From: Zetaproteobacteria bacterium
Lineage (GTDB): Bacteria > Pseudomonadota > Zetaproteobacteria > Mariprofundales > J009
Assembly: GCA_003696765.1 (NCBI GenBank)
Contig: RFFX01000050.1
Coordinates: forward strand, 12,894-76,893
Direction of reading: 5' to 3'
DNA: 64,000 nt
The position numbers and the translations under genes were made by a program. How positions within the stretch are numbered: position 1 is the stretch's first letter; every line of letters starts with the position of its first letter. The notes under the pieces are model-generated. The model was not told where the DNA came from. It made no database searches and was given only the letters and a program-made list of their open reading frames with translations. Positions 32,449 to 42,795 of the stretch are shown in pieces.

Positions 32449-34593
32449 TCACATCATCTCCAGCGGATCGACATCCACCTTGCAGCGCACCCCTGAAGGG
32501 AGCCGTCCCAGCCGCTGAAGCAGCGGCGCCAGCGCCCACGGCAACACACGGCGGCTTGCGTCGCGCAGCAACAGCTCGAAGCGGTAGCGGCGGTTGATCC
32601 GCTCCAGCACACAGGGGACCGGTCCGGCGAGGCGCACCCCGGGAAGGCGCCCCTCCAGGGCGTCACGTGCGTTGCGTGCCGCCTCCAGCGCCCGCCCCTC
32701 CCGCACCGCAGAGTAGACCAGCCGCACCCAGCGGGAGAAGGGAGGAGCGCCAAAGGCCCGGCGGTTGGCCAGCTCCTGGCGAAGGATCGCCCGCGCCTGC
32801 TCCTCGCCCAGCCGCTGCAGCCAGGGGTGGTCCGGTTGATAGCTCTGCAGCAGCGTCCGGCCGGGGCGATCGCCGCGACCGGCGCGGCCGATCACCTGGG
32901 TCAACTGTTGCCACCACCGCTCCGCGGCGCGCACATCGGGAAGGTTGAGTCCGAGGTCGGCCTGCACCACCCCGACCAGCGTCACCCTTGGGAAGTGGTG
33001 TCCCTTGACCACCATCTGGGTTCCGATGAGGCAGTCGATCTCCCCCCCGGCGAAGCGGTCGAGCAGCGAGATCCGCTGTTCCATGGAGGCGGCCGCATCG
33101 CGGTCGAGCCGGGCGACACGCAGTTCGGGCAGCGCCTCGGCCAGCAGTTCGACGATGCGCTCGGTTCCGGCGCCCAACGGCACCAGCGCCTGCTCGCCGC
33201 ACGCCTCGCAGCGGTCGGGAACCCCCCGCTGCCATCCGCAGAGATGGCAGCAGAGCAGCGCGCGGCGGCGGTGGAGGGTGAGCCGGGCGGAGCAGTGGCG
33301 ACACTCCGGCTGCCCGCCGCAGGCGGTACAATGGAGCGCCGGCGCGTAACCGCGGCGGTTGAGGTAGAGCAGCGACTGGCCGCCGGAGCGTCGGGTCTCC
33401 TCCAGCGCCTGCTTGAGCGCGTCGGAGAGGAGCGACCCGCTGCCGCGCATGTCGACCACCTCGGTGGCGACCCCTCCGCCGCCACCCACCCGACGGGGGA
33501 GCTCCAGCAACCGGTAGCGCCCCCGCTCCGCCTGCCACCAGCTCTCCACGCTCGGCGTCGCCGAGCCGAGCACCACCGGAATCCCCAGCTCCTGGGCGAG
33601 CAACACGGCCATGTCCCGCGCCGAAAAGGGAACCCCCTCCTGCTGCTTGAACGAGGCGTCGTGCTCTTCGTCCACCACGATCAGGCCGAGGCGGGGCAGC
33701 GGAAGAAAGAGCGCCGAACGGGTGCCGACCACCGCATCGAGCCGACCCAACCGCATCCGTACGGCATGGCGCGCCCGCGGATCGAGCGCGGAGTGCCACA
33801 GCCCCACCCGCCCCAGACGGTGGGCCACCCGAGCCATCCACATCGGCGTCAGACCGATCTCGGGCACCAGCACCAGCACCTGGCCGCCATCGGCGATCAC
33901 CTGCTCGGCCGCCCGCAGGTAGACCTCGGTCTTGCCCGATCCGGTACAGCCGAAGAGCAGATGGCAGCCGAAGGCGCCGCGGGCGCCCGACAACCGCCCC
34001 AAAGCCCGCTCCTGGTCCTGGTTGAGCCGGATCGCGCGCCCCTCCTCCCCCGCGGGAGGAGTGGGGAGCGGGTCGATCACCTCCTCGACCGCCCCCTGCT
34101 CCACCGCCCGTCTGAGCCGCCAGCAGGGATGCGGCCCTCCGACCCGCGCACAGAGCCGCTGTTGGGTGCGGATGCGGCGGCCGGTGCCGAAGAGATCGGC
34201 CAGCTCGGGATCGAGGGCACGCAACAGTGCCCCGTCGCGCAGACGGTAGCGGCGCCGCCCTTCGTCGCCCGCCCAGGCGAGCACCGTCTCCCAGCGCGCT
34301 CCGGGCCGGGCGAGGTAGTAGGCGGCCAGCCGCGCGCTCCAGCGGCGGTAGCCGTCGGGCAGGAGCGGAAGCGCATCGATGCGGTCGGCCACCGGTTTCA
34401 GCCCGGCGGCATTCTCGAGATCCACCGCATGAACGCGCTCCACCACCCCCATGCGCTGCGCGGTGGCCCCCAGAGGCACCAGCACGCGAATCCCTGTTTC
34501 GGGCCGGCCCAGCCCCTCGGGCCAGAGGTAGGTGAAGGGCTCGGCCAGCGGCGCGAACAGCGCCACATCGACCGCCGGCAGCAGGCGACGCAC
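32449..34593 (-). CDS. priA: Primosomal replication restart helicase PriA
   Basis: N-terminus ...AVDVALFAPLAEPFTYLWPEG (compare E. coli [21 protein letters not shown]). Walker A GCTGSGKTEVY, DEEHD box, Cys-rich zinc insert (CTACGGQPECRHCSARLTLH...CHLCG...CEACG), and GTQMVVKGHHFP. The start is placed at the GTG 1 nt after the upstream stop; the track start is at 34623. Confidence 0.9.
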   Translation of the reverse strand: MRRLLPAVDVALFAPLAEPFTYLWPEGLGRPETGIRVLVPLGATAQRMGVVERVHAVDLENAAGLKPVADRIDALPLLPDGYRRWSARLAAYYLARPGARWETVLAWAGDEGRRRYRLRDGALLRALDPELADLFGTGRRIRTQQRLCARVGGPHPCWRLRRAVEQGAVEEVIDPLPTPPAGEEGRAIRLNQDQERALGRLSGARGAFGCHLLFGCTGSGKTEVYLRAAEQVIADGGQVLVLVPEIGLTPMWMARVAHRLGRVGLWHSALDPRARHAVRMRLGRLDAVVGTRSALFLPLPRLGLIVVDEEHDASFKQQEGVPFSARDMAVLLAQELGIPVVLGSATPSVESWWQAERGRYRLLELPRRVGGGGGVATEVVDMRGSGSLLSDALKQALEETRRSGGQSLLYLNRRGYAPALHCTACGGQPECRHCSARLTLHRRRALLCCHLCGWQRGVPDRCEACGEQALVPLGAGTERIVELLAEALPELRVARLDRDAAASMEQRISLLDRFAGGEIDCLIGTQMVVKGHHFPRVTLVGVVQADLGLNLPDVRAAERWWQQLTQVIGRAGRGDRPGRTLLQSYQPDHPWLQRLGEEQARAILRQELANRRAFGAPPFSRWVRLVYSAVREGRALEAARNARDALEGRLPGVRLAGPVPCVLERINRRYRFELLLRDASRRVLPWALAPLLQRLGRLPSGVRCKVDVDPLEMM

Positions 34594-34594
34594 C

Positions 34595-35947
34595 TCAACC
34601 GCGGTCCGGCACCGTCTCCTCACTGAGGATGCGCCACGGCTCCCCCTCGGCGGCGCGCACCAGATAGAGCCGTTTGGTGGTCCGGTCGCTGTAGTTGTCG
34701 GAGCGGTACTCCTGATGGAACTGCACCACCACCACCTCCCCCTCCGGCCATCGGTTGGGGTCGTGGATCATGGTGATGTCGGAGAGCGCCACGCGGATCA
34801 TCCGCTTGCCGCGGTTGATCCGCCGCTTGTACCACTTCCATTCGGCCAGCCGGAGGCGCCCCGAGCGGAAGGCGGGATGGTAGTGGCGCAGGTAGGCGTC
34901 GGTGTCGAGGCTGCTCCAGTCGCGCCGCCACGACTCGATCGCCTCGGCCACCGAGCGGCGCAGCGCCTCCCGCCGCGCCGGATCGTCGAAACGCAGATTC
35001 TCCCCCACCACCACCCAGCTCTTGCCGGGGAGGATGCGGGGCGCAAGCCGGATGAGCAGATCGTTGGGCAGGGAGAAGCAGCCCCGGGTGTCGCGCGGCG
35101 GACGCCGCCGGACCTGCGGTGCATAGCCGTGCAACCAGATGCCGTGGCCATCCTTGTGGTGGATCCGGTCGAGCGCGTTGGGATAGTCGATGGGGAAGGC
35201 GACCGGCCCGTAGCGCGGCGCCAGTTGCGCCCCCTCCAGCCGGCCGACGAAGCGGTAGACGCCGTCGGGGGTGCGGCCGTCCCCTTCGCGCTGCTTGTCC
35301 CCGGGGCGGGATCCGGTCACCACATAGCTGTCGACCAGCTTGCGCCATCCTCCGGCACCGTCGCGGACGAAGGCGAATAGGCGCGAGCGCGCCTTGTCCA
35401 CCAGGAAGACGTTGGCCACGTCGGGACCGAGCTGCAGCAGATCGACCGGACGGTTGAGCCGCCCGACCAGGTCGTCGCGCAGCCGCTCCAGCCGCACCTC
35501 CGCCTCACGCAACCAGGGGTCGAGCCGCGCCGAGGCGAGCCTGCGCCGCTCCCGCTCCAGCCCACGGCCGTAGTCGTCGGGCACCCGCCCCAGGGCGCGC
35601 AGCGCCGCGCGCCGATGGGCCTCGGCCTCAAGCAACCCGACCAGCGGGTCGTCGGAGGGGGCGCCGTCGAGCAGCCGCAACACCCGCTCCGGCCGGCCCA
35701 GCTTCAGCTCCAGCGTGGCACGCAACACCAGCCGCTCCTGCGGGGCGAGCGCCTCCACCCCGGGGGTGTCGCCGCGATCGAGAAACCGCGCCACCGGGCG
35801 CCAGGGATCCGCCCCCGCCTCCGCCGGGGCGGCGGGGGCCGCAACGACCAGCATCCACGACAGCAGCCATCCCGCAACCACGGCGGAGCACCCTCGGGGA
35901 GCGGGCAGCACGCTTCCCCTCTCCGCCACAACCCCAGCGTTCCTCAT
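34595..35947 (-). CDS. L,D-transpeptidase (YkuD) family protein with a C-terminal NTF2-like domain
   Basis: Signal-like N-terminus. Catalytic HGYAPQVRRRPPRDTRGCFSLPNDLL is the YkuD H...(S/T)xGC motif. The start ATG at 35947 forms a TGATG overlap with the upstream gene. Confidence 0.85.
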   Translation of the reverse strand: MRNAGVVAERGSVLPAPRGCSAVVAGWLLSWMLVVAAPAAPAEAGADPWRPVARFLDRGDTPGVEALAPQERLVLRATLELKLGRPERVLRLLDGAPSDDPLVGLLEAEAHRRAALRALGRVPDDYGRGLERERRRLASARLDPWLREAEVRLERLRDDLVGRLNRPVDLLQLGPDVANVFLVDKARSRLFAFVRDGAGGWRKLVDSYVVTGSRPGDKQREGDGRTPDGVYRFVGRLEGAQLAPRYGPVAFPIDYPNALDRIHHKDGHGIWLHGYAPQVRRRPPRDTRGCFSLPNDLLIRLAPRILPGKSWVVVGENLRFDDPARREALRRSVAEAIESWRRDWSSLDTDAYLRHYHPAFRSGRLRLAEWKWYKRRINRGKRMIRVALSDITMIHDPNRWPEGEVVVVQFHQEYRSDNYSDRTTKRLYLVRAAEGEPWRILSEETVPDRG

Positions 35948-37125
35948 CACTTCCGCGTCACCTCCCTGACGATCTTCCATCCCCCCTCCTCCCGGAGCAG
36001 CACCAGCTCCTTCCGGTCGACACTGCGGTACCTGCGGGAGCGGTAGGTTTGATCGAAGCGGGCCGTCGCCCGCCCCCCCTCGACCGACAGCCGCAGATGG
36101 TCGACCTTCACCGTGATCCTCCCCGCCCGGGCCAGCACCCGCCGCTTGTGCCGCTCCCAGGCGGCCCGGCTGCCGTGCCGCGGATGGAACCGTTTGCTGT
36201 AGAAAGAGAAATAGCGTTCGGGATCGCGCGACTCCCACGCCTTGCGCCACGCCTCGACCACCGCCCGGACCCCACCGGACCCCTCCGAGACGCCCGCCGG
36301 GGCGGCGGCTCCCTCCCCGCCCCCACCGGCCGGCGGCCGCCTGCCACCCGAGGTGAGGGATGGCGGCTGCGCACCGGTGTCGGCCGCCGCGATGCGATCC
36401 TTGCGCCCCGGCGCGGAGGATGGCGCAGGGGCCGGCGGATGCGCGGCGCGGGCCTTCGGCGGCGCCTCCGGCGCCGGCAGCGCGAGCGCGGGCGATGCGT
36501 CCGCCCGACGGCTGCCGCCGGCCGGGGTGAAGGGCGGGGCGAGCAGACGGGCGAGCAGCCGCTCCATCGCCGCGCCGTCACCGGCAAGACGGGCGAGCGA
36601 GCGGCGGCAGAGCAGCCCGGCCAGCCGATCGCGTTTGACCATACGTTCTGCCGCGTCACGCCGCGCCACCGCGCGGTAGAGCCCCTCGGCCTGCTCCATG
36701 TAGAGATCGGCCAGCTCCAGCTGCACCCGGGTGTCGCGCGGGGTGAGTGCCATCACCTTGCGCAGCTCCTCGGCGGCGGCCTCGTAGTCGCCGAGTGAAC
36801 GGTAGATCGCCGCCAGGTTGTGGTGCGGCTCGGGGTAGTCGGGATGGATGCGGATCACCTGCCGGAAGGCCTCGATCGCCTGCAGGATGCGTCCGTCGTG
36901 GGTCTGCAGCACGCCGAGCCGGAACCAGGCGCGCGCATCGTCGGGATTGGCCCGGATCGCCCGATCGAGCGCCTGCTCGTCGTAGGCCGGCGCCGCAACA
37001 CCGCGCCCCGCGCAGAGGATCAGCAACGCGGCCGCGACCGATGCCAGGCGCGAAATCCCCGCGCCCCCCTCCTCACCGAACCGTTTGCCCGACGAAGGCA
37101 ACGAGATGGTCGTCGGCGCCCTCAC
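35947..37125 (-). CDS. Secreted TPR-repeat protein with a C-terminal NTF2-like domain related to that of the downstream L,D-transpeptidase
   Basis: TPR units (ARAWFRLGVLQTHDGRILQAIEAFRQVIRIHPDYPEPHHNLAAIYRSLGDYEAAAEELRKVMALTP). The C-terminus VVEAWRKAWESRDPERYFSFYSKRFHP parallels AIESWRRDWSSLDTDAYLRHYHPAF of the next gene. A GTG start at 37125 with the SD GGAGGG is chosen; the upstream part of the ORF only translates a repeat. Confidence 0.7.
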   Translation of the reverse strand: MRAPTTISLPSSGKRFGEEGGAGISRLASVAAALLILCAGRGVAAPAYDEQALDRAIRANPDDARAWFRLGVLQTHDGRILQAIEAFRQVIRIHPDYPEPHHNLAAIYRSLGDYEAAAEELRKVMALTPRDTRVQLELADLYMEQAEGLYRAVARRDAAERMVKRDRLAGLLCRRSLARLAGDGAAMERLLARLLAPPFTPAGGSRRADASPALALPAPEAPPKARAAHPPAPAPSSAPGRKDRIAAADTGAQPPSLTSGGRRPPAGGGGEGAAAPAGVSEGSGGVRAVVEAWRKAWESRDPERYFSFYSKRFHPRHGSRAAWERHKRRVLARAGRITVKVDHLRLSVEGGRATARFDQTYRSRRYRSVDRKELVLLREEGGWKIVREVTRK

Positions 37126-37140
37126 GAACCCTCCATATGA

Positions 37141-37207
37141 CTCGCAAACCTCGGATTTGCGCATCCGTCCATGGCCGCGATGATGGTTTCGCAAGAAACC
37201 ATCATCG
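37141..37207 (-). repeat. Mosaic repeat, truncated (part of C + D + E)
   Basis: Reads ctcGCAAaCCtcggatttGCGCatCCgtccatGGCCGCGATGATGGTTTCgcaaGAAACCATCATCg. The TGA of the 37202 gene lies in the outer E arm. Confidence 0.8.
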
Positions 37208-38140
37208 ATGCAACAGCGCCGTCAATGGGCGCAGCAGCCGAATCTCTCCATCGCCCAGCCGACGCAGGAAGGCGAGCGTCCGCCGCCGGGGATGGCCGAT
37301 CACCAGACAGGAGCCGCGGCGGCGGGCGATGTCCACCGCATGGCGCCAGGCGGCGGCGATCGCCCCGTCGTCGTCGACATGGTCGAGGAAGACCTGCCGC
37401 TCGGCCCAGCGCAGCCCGGCGCGCCGCGCCTCCTCCGCGGCCACCGATGCGGCCGTGGTGCGCGAATCGACGAAGAAGAGATGGTGGGCGCGGCAGAGGG
37501 CCATGACCAGCCGCATGGCGTGACGGTCGGCCGTCAGCAGCGAGCCCATGTGGTTGTTGATCCCGGCGACGAAGGGCACCATGGAGAGATCCCGCTCGAA
37601 ACGGGCGCGCAACGTGGCATCGTCCATCCCCGTGCGGAGGAAGGAGGAGTCAAGCCGCTCCCGCAATGCCGGGTTCTCCGGCTCCATCGGGAGATGGAGC
37701 ATCACCGTGCGTCCGGCCCTCCGGGCCTCGCGGGCGGCCCGGGCGGCGTGCGGCGCCTGCGGCAGGACCGAGACGGTCAGCGGAAAGGGAAGGGCCAGCA
37801 GCGCGCGCGCCATCTGCAGGTCGTAGCCGACGTCGTCGATGATCAACGCGATCCCTCCACCCCTGCGACCGGGGGCGGCGCGACGGGCGAGAGGCGGCCG
37901 GGGCACCATCCGGGCCGGCGGCCCCTGCGGCGGCATGCGCGAGAAGTCCTCGAAGAGCGGTCGGCCGGCCGGACCGAGCAGCGACCGACTCCGGGAGGAA
38001 GGCTTCCCGCCGCTCGGGGCGGAGGTCCGCGGTGCGGCCGGCGGCCAGGCCAGCCACAACAGCAGCGCAAGCAGGGCGAGCAGACCGGAGATGACCCACC
38101 GTCGCGGCAGCGCGCCCCGACGGCGACGGCGGAAAGCCAA
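37202..38140 (-). CDS. Divergent polysaccharide deacetylase family protein (YibQ-like)
   Basis: TM anchor, then IALIIDDVGYDLQMARALLALPFPLTVSVLPQAPHAARAAREARRAGRTVMLHLPMEP...GINNHMGS...FFVDSRTT, the YibQ family pattern. Apparent TTG start directly after the ctpA stop. Confidence 0.85.
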   Translation of the reverse strand: MAFRRRRRGALPRRWVISGLLALLALLLWLAWPPAAPRTSAPSGGKPSSRSRSLLGPAGRPLFEDFSRMPPQGPPARMVPRPPLARRAAPGRRGGGIALIIDDVGYDLQMARALLALPFPLTVSVLPQAPHAARAAREARRAGRTVMLHLPMEPENPALRERLDSSFLRTGMDDATLRARFERDLSMVPFVAGINNHMGSLLTADRHAMRLVMALCRAHHLFFVDSRTTAASVAAEEARRAGLRWAERQVFLDHVDDDGAIAAAWRHAVDIARRRGSCLVIGHPRRRTLAFLRRLGDGEIRLLRPLTALLHR

Positions 38141-39469
38141 TCAGCCGACGCCCCCCCGGCGGAAGGCGACCAGCCCGCGCAACAGGTCGCGCGCCCGCTG
38201 CAACTGGACATCGAACTGCAGCCGCTTGCGCATCTTCTCGGAGACCGACCCTCCCTTCGGCTCCCCCTTCTTCTTCGCCGCGGCCGCCTCGCCGTTCTCC
38301 AGATGGCCGCGCAGGCTCCGCTCCAGCACCGGTTTGCGCTTGTTGAGCGCCTGCTGCACCTTCTTGTCGATCTTCAACGCCACCTCCTTGACCTCGACGT
38401 CCGGGGTGATCCCGAGCGCCTGGATCGAGCGGCCGCTCGGCGTGTAGTAGAGCGCCGTGGTCAGCTTCACCGCCGTCCCGTCGCCCAGCGGCACCACCGA
38501 CTGCACGCTCCCCTTGCCGAAGCTTCTGGTGCCGATCAGCACCGCGCGGTGGTTGTCCTGCAGCGCCCCACTGACGATCTCCGAAGCGGAGGCGCTGCCC
38601 TGGTTGATCAGCACCACCAGCGGCGCGCCCTGCAGGATGTCCCCCCGGGTGGCGGAGAACTGCATGTTGCGCCCCACCCGCGACTTCGTGCTGACGATCT
38701 TCCCCCGATCGAGGAAGAGATCGCTGACCGCCACCGCCTGGTTGAGCAGCCCCCCCGGGTTGTTGCGCAGATCGAGCACCGCACCGCGGATGGCACCGCC
38801 GGCGCGCCGAGCGAGCTCGGCGAACTGCTTGCGCAGCTCGTCGGAGGTGTGTTCCTGAAACTGGGTGATGCGCAGATAGGCCAGATGGGGGGCGATGAAG
38901 TCGCTCTTCACCGACTTGACGTGGATCACCGCCCGGGTGATGGTGAACCGGAGGGTCCGCGCCTCCGAGGCCCGGAAGACGGTCAGGGTCACCTTGGTCC
39001 CCGGTTTGCCCCGCATCAGGTCGACCCCCTCCTGCAAGGTGAGCTCGCTAGCCAGCGTATCATCGATGCGGATGATCAGATCGCCCGCCTTCATCCCGGC
39101 GCGATCGGCGGGGGTGTCCTCGATCGGGGCCACCACCCGGATCCCCCCCTCGGCCGAGGAGATCTCGATCCCCAGCCCGCCGAAGGCGCCGCTCGTCTCC
39201 ACCTGCATCTGGTCGAACTGCTTCTTGTTCATGTAGACCGAATGGGGATCGAGCGAGGAGAGCATCCCCGAGAGCGCCCCGTCGATCAGCTCGCGTTCGC
39301 TCTTCTCGTGGACGTAGGAGTGCTGCACCAGCCGCATCACCTGGGTGAACTTGCGCAACTGCTGGTAGTCGGTCGCCTGCGCCCGCCCCGCAACCCAGGG
39401 CGGAAGCAGCAGCAGGGCGGCGACAGCCAGCCGCGCCGTCGTTCGGGAAAAGATCGGTTGTCGTTTCAC
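38141..39469 (-). CDS. ctpA: C-terminal processing (S41, tail-specific) peptidase
   Basis: PDZ domain (GGLGIEISSAEGGIRVVAPIEDTPADRAGMKAGDLIIRID). Catalytic region DLRNNPGGLL ... VVLINQGSASASEIVSGALQD ... GTRSFGKGSVQ. A GTG start at 39469 gives (V)KRQPIFSRTTARLAVAALLLLPPWVAGRAQA, a signal peptide. Confidence 0.9.
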   Translation of the reverse strand: MKRQPIFSRTTARLAVAALLLLPPWVAGRAQATDYQQLRKFTQVMRLVQHSYVHEKSERELIDGALSGMLSSLDPHSVYMNKKQFDQMQVETSGAFGGLGIEISSAEGGIRVVAPIEDTPADRAGMKAGDLIIRIDDTLASELTLQEGVDLMRGKPGTKVTLTVFRASEARTLRFTITRAVIHVKSVKSDFIAPHLAYLRITQFQEHTSDELRKQFAELARRAGGAIRGAVLDLRNNPGGLLNQAVAVSDLFLDRGKIVSTKSRVGRNMQFSATRGDILQGAPLVVLINQGSASASEIVSGALQDNHRAVLIGTRSFGKGSVQSVVPLGDGTAVKLTTALYYTPSGRSIQALGITPDVEVKEVALKIDKKVQQALNKRKPVLERSLRGHLENGEAAAAKKKGEPKGGSVSEKMRKRLQFDVQLQRARDLLRGLVAFRRGGVG

Positions 39470-39530
39470 GATGGAACCACTCCGTTGATCTACGATGGTC
39501 GTACGCGCCACGGGACGGCGGCCCCGCAGA

Positions 39531-39650
39531 AGGCCGGCGACCGCGCAAAACAGAAGCCTGCGCATGCAGGCGACGGTTTTGCAGGGGAATCGAAGAGGCG
39601 CCCCTCGATTCCCGTCGAGCAACAAGTCCATGGACGTCTATTGCGATCCA
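39531..39650 (+). repeat. Mosaic repeat (degenerate D, then C-B-A), antisense to the flanking genes (second exception)
   Basis: Reads ..ccgcgcaaaacagaaGCCTGCgcatGCAGGCgacggttttgcaGGGGAATCGAAGAGGcgcCCCTCGATTCCCgtcgaGCAACAAGTCCatGGACgTcTaTTGCgatccag. It ends 1 nt before the hslU stop. Confidence 0.8.
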
Positions 39651-39651
39651 G

Positions 39652-41013
39652 TCACAGAATATACCTGCTCAGATCGCTGTCCACCGCCACGTCGGCCAAC
39701 CGCTCCCGGACGAAGCCGGCATCGACCGTCACCCGCGTCCCCCGCGGCCGGTCGGGGGCATCGAAGCTGACCTGCTCGAGCACCCGCTCCATCAGGGTGT
39801 GGAGCCGCCGGGCACCGATGTTCTCGTGCTTCTCGTTGAGCCGCACCGCCATGGCGGCCAGCTCGGCGATGCCGTCGTCGGTGAACTCCACCTCCACCCC
39901 TTCGGTGGCCAGAAGTGCGCGATACTGCCTGCAGAGCGACGACTCCGGCTCCACCAGGATCCGGCGGAACTCCTCCTCGCTCAGAGCGTCGAGCGACACC
40001 CGAAGCGGGAACCGCCCCTGCATCTCCGGGATCAGGTCCGAGGGGCGGGCCAGATGGAAGGCGCCGGCGGCGATGAAGAGGATGTGGTCGGTGCGCACCA
40101 TCCCGTAGCGGGTGTTGACGCCGGCCCCCTCCACCAGCGGCAGGAGATCGCGCTGCACCCCCTCGCGCGAGACGTCGCCGTGCATCCCCTCGCGATGGCA
40201 GATCTTGTCCATCTCGTCGATGAAGACGATGCCGTAGTTCTCCACCCGGTGGATCGCCTCCTCCCGGATGCGCTCCTCGTCGATCAGCTTGTCGGCCTCC
40301 TGGCGGGCCAGCTCCTTGCGCGCCTCGGCCACCGACATCCGCTTCTTCCTCGACCGGCCACCGCCGAGCAGACCGCCGAGCATCTCGCGGATCGAACCGC
40401 CCAGCTCCTCCCCCCCTTGCGGGGTGAAGAGGTGCAGCGATGCGGCGGGATGGTGGTCGCGCACCTCGACGGTCACCTGCCGATCGTCGAGCACCCCGGA
40501 GCGGAGCCGGGCACGCATCTTCTCCCGCGTCTCGCGGTGGGGGTCGGTGCGGTCGACCTTCTGCAGCCCATCGCCCCCGCCCACGGGATGGGGGATGAGG
40601 ATGTCGAGCAGCCGCTCCTCGGCCAGCTCCTCCGCCCGCTGCGCCACCCTGGCGCGGTGCTCCTCGCGCACCATGGCCAGCGCGCGGTCGAGCAGGTCGC
40701 GGATGATCGATTCGACATCGCGCCCGACGTAGCCCACCTCGGTGTATTTGGTCGCCTCCACCTTGATGAAGGGGGCCCGGGCCAGCCGGGCCAGCCGACG
40801 GGCGATCTCGGTCTTGCCCACCCCGGTGGGGCCGATCATCAGGATGTTCTTGGGGGTGATCTCGTCACGCAGCGGCGGATCGATCTGGCGGCGGCGCCAG
40901 CGGTTGCGCAGGGCGATCGCCACCGCCCGCTTGGCCTTGCGCTGCCCGACGATGAAGCGATCGAGCTCGGAGACGATCTCCCTCGGCGTCATGATCTCGC
41001 ACGGATCGCTCAC
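39652..41013 (-). CDS. hslU: ATP-dependent protease ATPase subunit HslU
   Basis: ...[34 protein letters not shown]..., Walker [27 protein letters not shown], and C-terminus ...[10 protein letters not shown]. The GTG at 41013 overlaps the hslV stop (GTGA); an ATG alternative lies at 40992. Confidence 0.95.
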   Translation of the reverse strand: MSDPCEIMTPREIVSELDRFIVGQRKAKRAVAIALRNRWRRRQIDPPLRDEITPKNILMIGPTGVGKTEIARRLARLARAPFIKVEATKYTEVGYVGRDVESIIRDLLDRALAMVREEHRARVAQRAEELAEERLLDILIPHPVGGGDGLQKVDRTDPHRETREKMRARLRSGVLDDRQVTVEVRDHHPAASLHLFTPQGGEELGGSIREMLGGLLGGGRSRKKRMSVAEARKELARQEADKLIDEERIREEAIHRVENYGIVFIDEMDKICHREGMHGDVSREGVQRDLLPLVEGAGVNTRYGMVRTDHILFIAAGAFHLARPSDLIPEMQGRFPLRVSLDALSEEEFRRILVEPESSLCRQYRALLATEGVEVEFTDDGIAELAAMAVRLNEKHENIGARRLHTLMERVLEQVSFDAPDRPRGTRVTVDAGFVRERLADVAVDSDLSRYIL

Positions 41014-41567
41014 TCCCGCTCCTCCGAGGGCCGGATGGCGCAGACGGTGATCTCGTCGTTGGTGTAGATGCAGGTCTCCGCCGCAATGCGCATCGCCTCG
41101 CGCACGATCGCCTCGGCGTCAAGCCCGCTGTGGCGCAGCAGCGCGGTGGCCGCGGCGCGGGCGTAGGGGCCGCCCGAGCCGATCGCCGCCACTCCCTCGT
41201 CGGGCTCGAGCACGTCGCCGTTGCCCGAGATGATCAGCGTGCGCGCCTCGTCGGCGACGATCATCATCGCCTCCAGCCGACGCAGCACACGGTCGGTGCG
41301 CCACGCCCTGGCCAGCGCCACCGCCGCCCGCGTCAGGCTGCCGCCGTGTTCGTCGAGCTTGGCCTCGAAGCGCTCAAAGAGATTCATCGCATCGGCGGTC
41401 GAACCGGCGAAACCGGTCAGGATCCCGCCGTCGCGGATGGCACGCACCTTCCTCGCGCCGTGCTTGACCACCGTCTCCCCCAGCGTCACCTGGCCGTCGC
41501 CGGCGATCGCCACCGACCTTCCGCGACGCACACAGCAGATGGTCGTCGCCCTCCACTCCGTCCCCAT
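41010..41567 (-). CDS. hslV: ATP-dependent protease peptidase subunit HslV
   Basis: [42 protein letters not shown]... has the HslV pattern TTIxxVRR..xVxxxGDGQV, with a short N-terminal propeptide-like extension. The longer ORF-track N-terminus is not protein-like. Confidence 0.92.
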   Translation of the reverse strand: MGTEWRATTICCVRRGRSVAIAGDGQVTLGETVVKHGARKVRAIRDGGILTGFAGSTADAMNLFERFEAKLDEHGGSLTRAAVALARAWRTDRVLRRLEAMMIVADEARTLIISGNGDVLEPDEGVAAIGSGGPYARAAATALLRHSGLDAEAIVREAMRIAAETCIYTNDEITVCAIRPSEERE

Positions 41568-41578
41568 CCCCGGTTCGG

Positions 41579-41610
41579 ACCGCAACAGCCAACCTCCATG
41601 GACCTTTTGC
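41579..41610 (-). repeat. Degenerate solo A-module of the mosaic repeat
   Basis: Reads CCGCAACAGCCaacctccatGGaCcTTTTGCc, 11 nt upstream of the hslV start. On the minus strand the loop region reads CCATGGAGGTTGG. Confidence 0.5.
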
Positions 41611-41942
41611 CCCGCGCACGGTGAAGGGTGCGCCCCGATGCCCGTCCGGCCGGGACGGAGATCGGGCGGGGCGGGCGCCATTCTCCCCAAGCCGCCGCCG
41701 CTGTCGAATCCCCGACGCCCCCGCCCCTGCTCCGACAAGGCACCGATGAACCGCCACAGGAGGCTCCCCGCCACGCCGCTCCCCGCTGAAGGGCCAGTAG
41801 AGGGGCGGCGGCAGGAAGGCCACCGTTGATTTCTCCCCGGCGGATCCGATCATTTGGGCAGGCCACCGCCCGGCCCCCGCCGCGATCCGCCCCGAAGCGC
41901 CACCGGCGTGGCGGGCTGTGGGTACCGCTTCGACGGGGCGGC

Positions 41943-41957
41943 GGCAGGGTTCTTGCT
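41943..41957 (+). promoter_or_regulatory. Sigma-54 type promoter candidate upstream of motA
   Basis: Reads cGGCAGGGTTCTTGCTT, i.e. GGCAg-N5-TTGCT with exact GG-N10-GC spacing. It lies about 65 nt upstream of the motA GTG. Confidence 0.45.
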
Positions 41958-42022
41958 TCGGCACGGTCCGAAGCGCGCGCGATGCGCCCGGCCGTCAACC
42001 ACATGCAGGAGGGGAGTCAACC

Positions 42023-42781
42023 GTGGATATCGCAACCGTCATCGGCCTGCTGGTCGCCTTCGGTCTGGTCGCCTTCGCCATCGGCGGCGGCATCGCCAGC
42101 TTCATCGATCCGCCGTCGGTGGCCATCGTGGTCGGCGGCACCGTCGGCGTGGTGCTGATCGCCTACCCGTTGGGCGACGTGCTCAAGGTGATCGGCGTGG
42201 CGCTGAAGAACTTCATGTACTCCCTGCCTACCGGCCAGGAGACCATCGCCCAGCTGGTCGAGCTGGCCCAGATCGTACGCAAGGAGGGGATCCTCGCGCT
42301 GGAGAGCAAGGTCGACGAGGTGGAGAGCGACTTCATGAAGAAAGGGCTGCAGATGGCCATCGACGGCCAGGAGCCCTCCGAGATCGAGGAGATCCTGTTC
42401 AACGAGATCGAGAAGCTGAAGGAGCGCCACCAGAAGGGGGCGGACATGTTCACCGCCTTCGGTACCTTCGCCCCGGCGATGGGGATGATCGGCACGCTGG
42501 TCGGCCTGGTGCTGATGCTGCAGAACATGTCCGACCCCTCCTCGATCGGCCCCTCGATGTCGATCGCGCTGCTCACCACCTTCTACGGCGCCATCATGGC
42601 CAACATCATCTTCATGCCCATGGCCAACAAGCTGAAGTCGCGCAGCAAGGATGAGATCCTGATCTACGAGATCATCCTCACCGGCATCCAGTCGCTGGTC
42701 GCCGGTGAGAACCCGCGGGTGATGGAGCAGAAGCTGCACGGCTTCCTGCCGCCGAAAGATCGCGTCTCCTCCTTCGAGTAG
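42023..42781 (+). CDS. motA: Flagellar stator protein MotA/PomA
   Basis: GTG start preceded by AGGAGGGGAG. VDIATVIGLLVAFGLVAFAIGGGIASFIDPPSVAIVVGGT..., and the plug/TM3-4 region APAMGMIGTLVGLVLML...GPSMSIALLTTFYGAIMANIIFMPMANKL. Confidence 0.9.
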   Translation: MDIATVIGLLVAFGLVAFAIGGGIASFIDPPSVAIVVGGTVGVVLIAYPLGDVLKVIGVALKNFMYSLPTGQETIAQLVELAQIVRKEGILALESKVDEVESDFMKKGLQMAIDGQEPSEIEEILFNEIEKLKERHQKGADMFTAFGTFAPAMGMIGTLVGLVLMLQNMSDPSSIGPSMSIALLTTFYGAIMANIIFMPMANKLKSRSKDEILIYEIILTGIQSLVAGENPRVMEQKLHGFLPPKDRVSSFE

Positions 42782-42795
42782 CCCCTTCCCCCTCC

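Noticed and set aside
41662-41691. Heat-shock (sigma-32) promoter for hslVU: minus strand CTTGGGG-13 nt-CCCCGCCC
   Set aside because: It matches the CTTGAAA / CCCCATNT consensus only partially, in very GC-rich DNA where such strings are common. That is too weak to call without TSS data.
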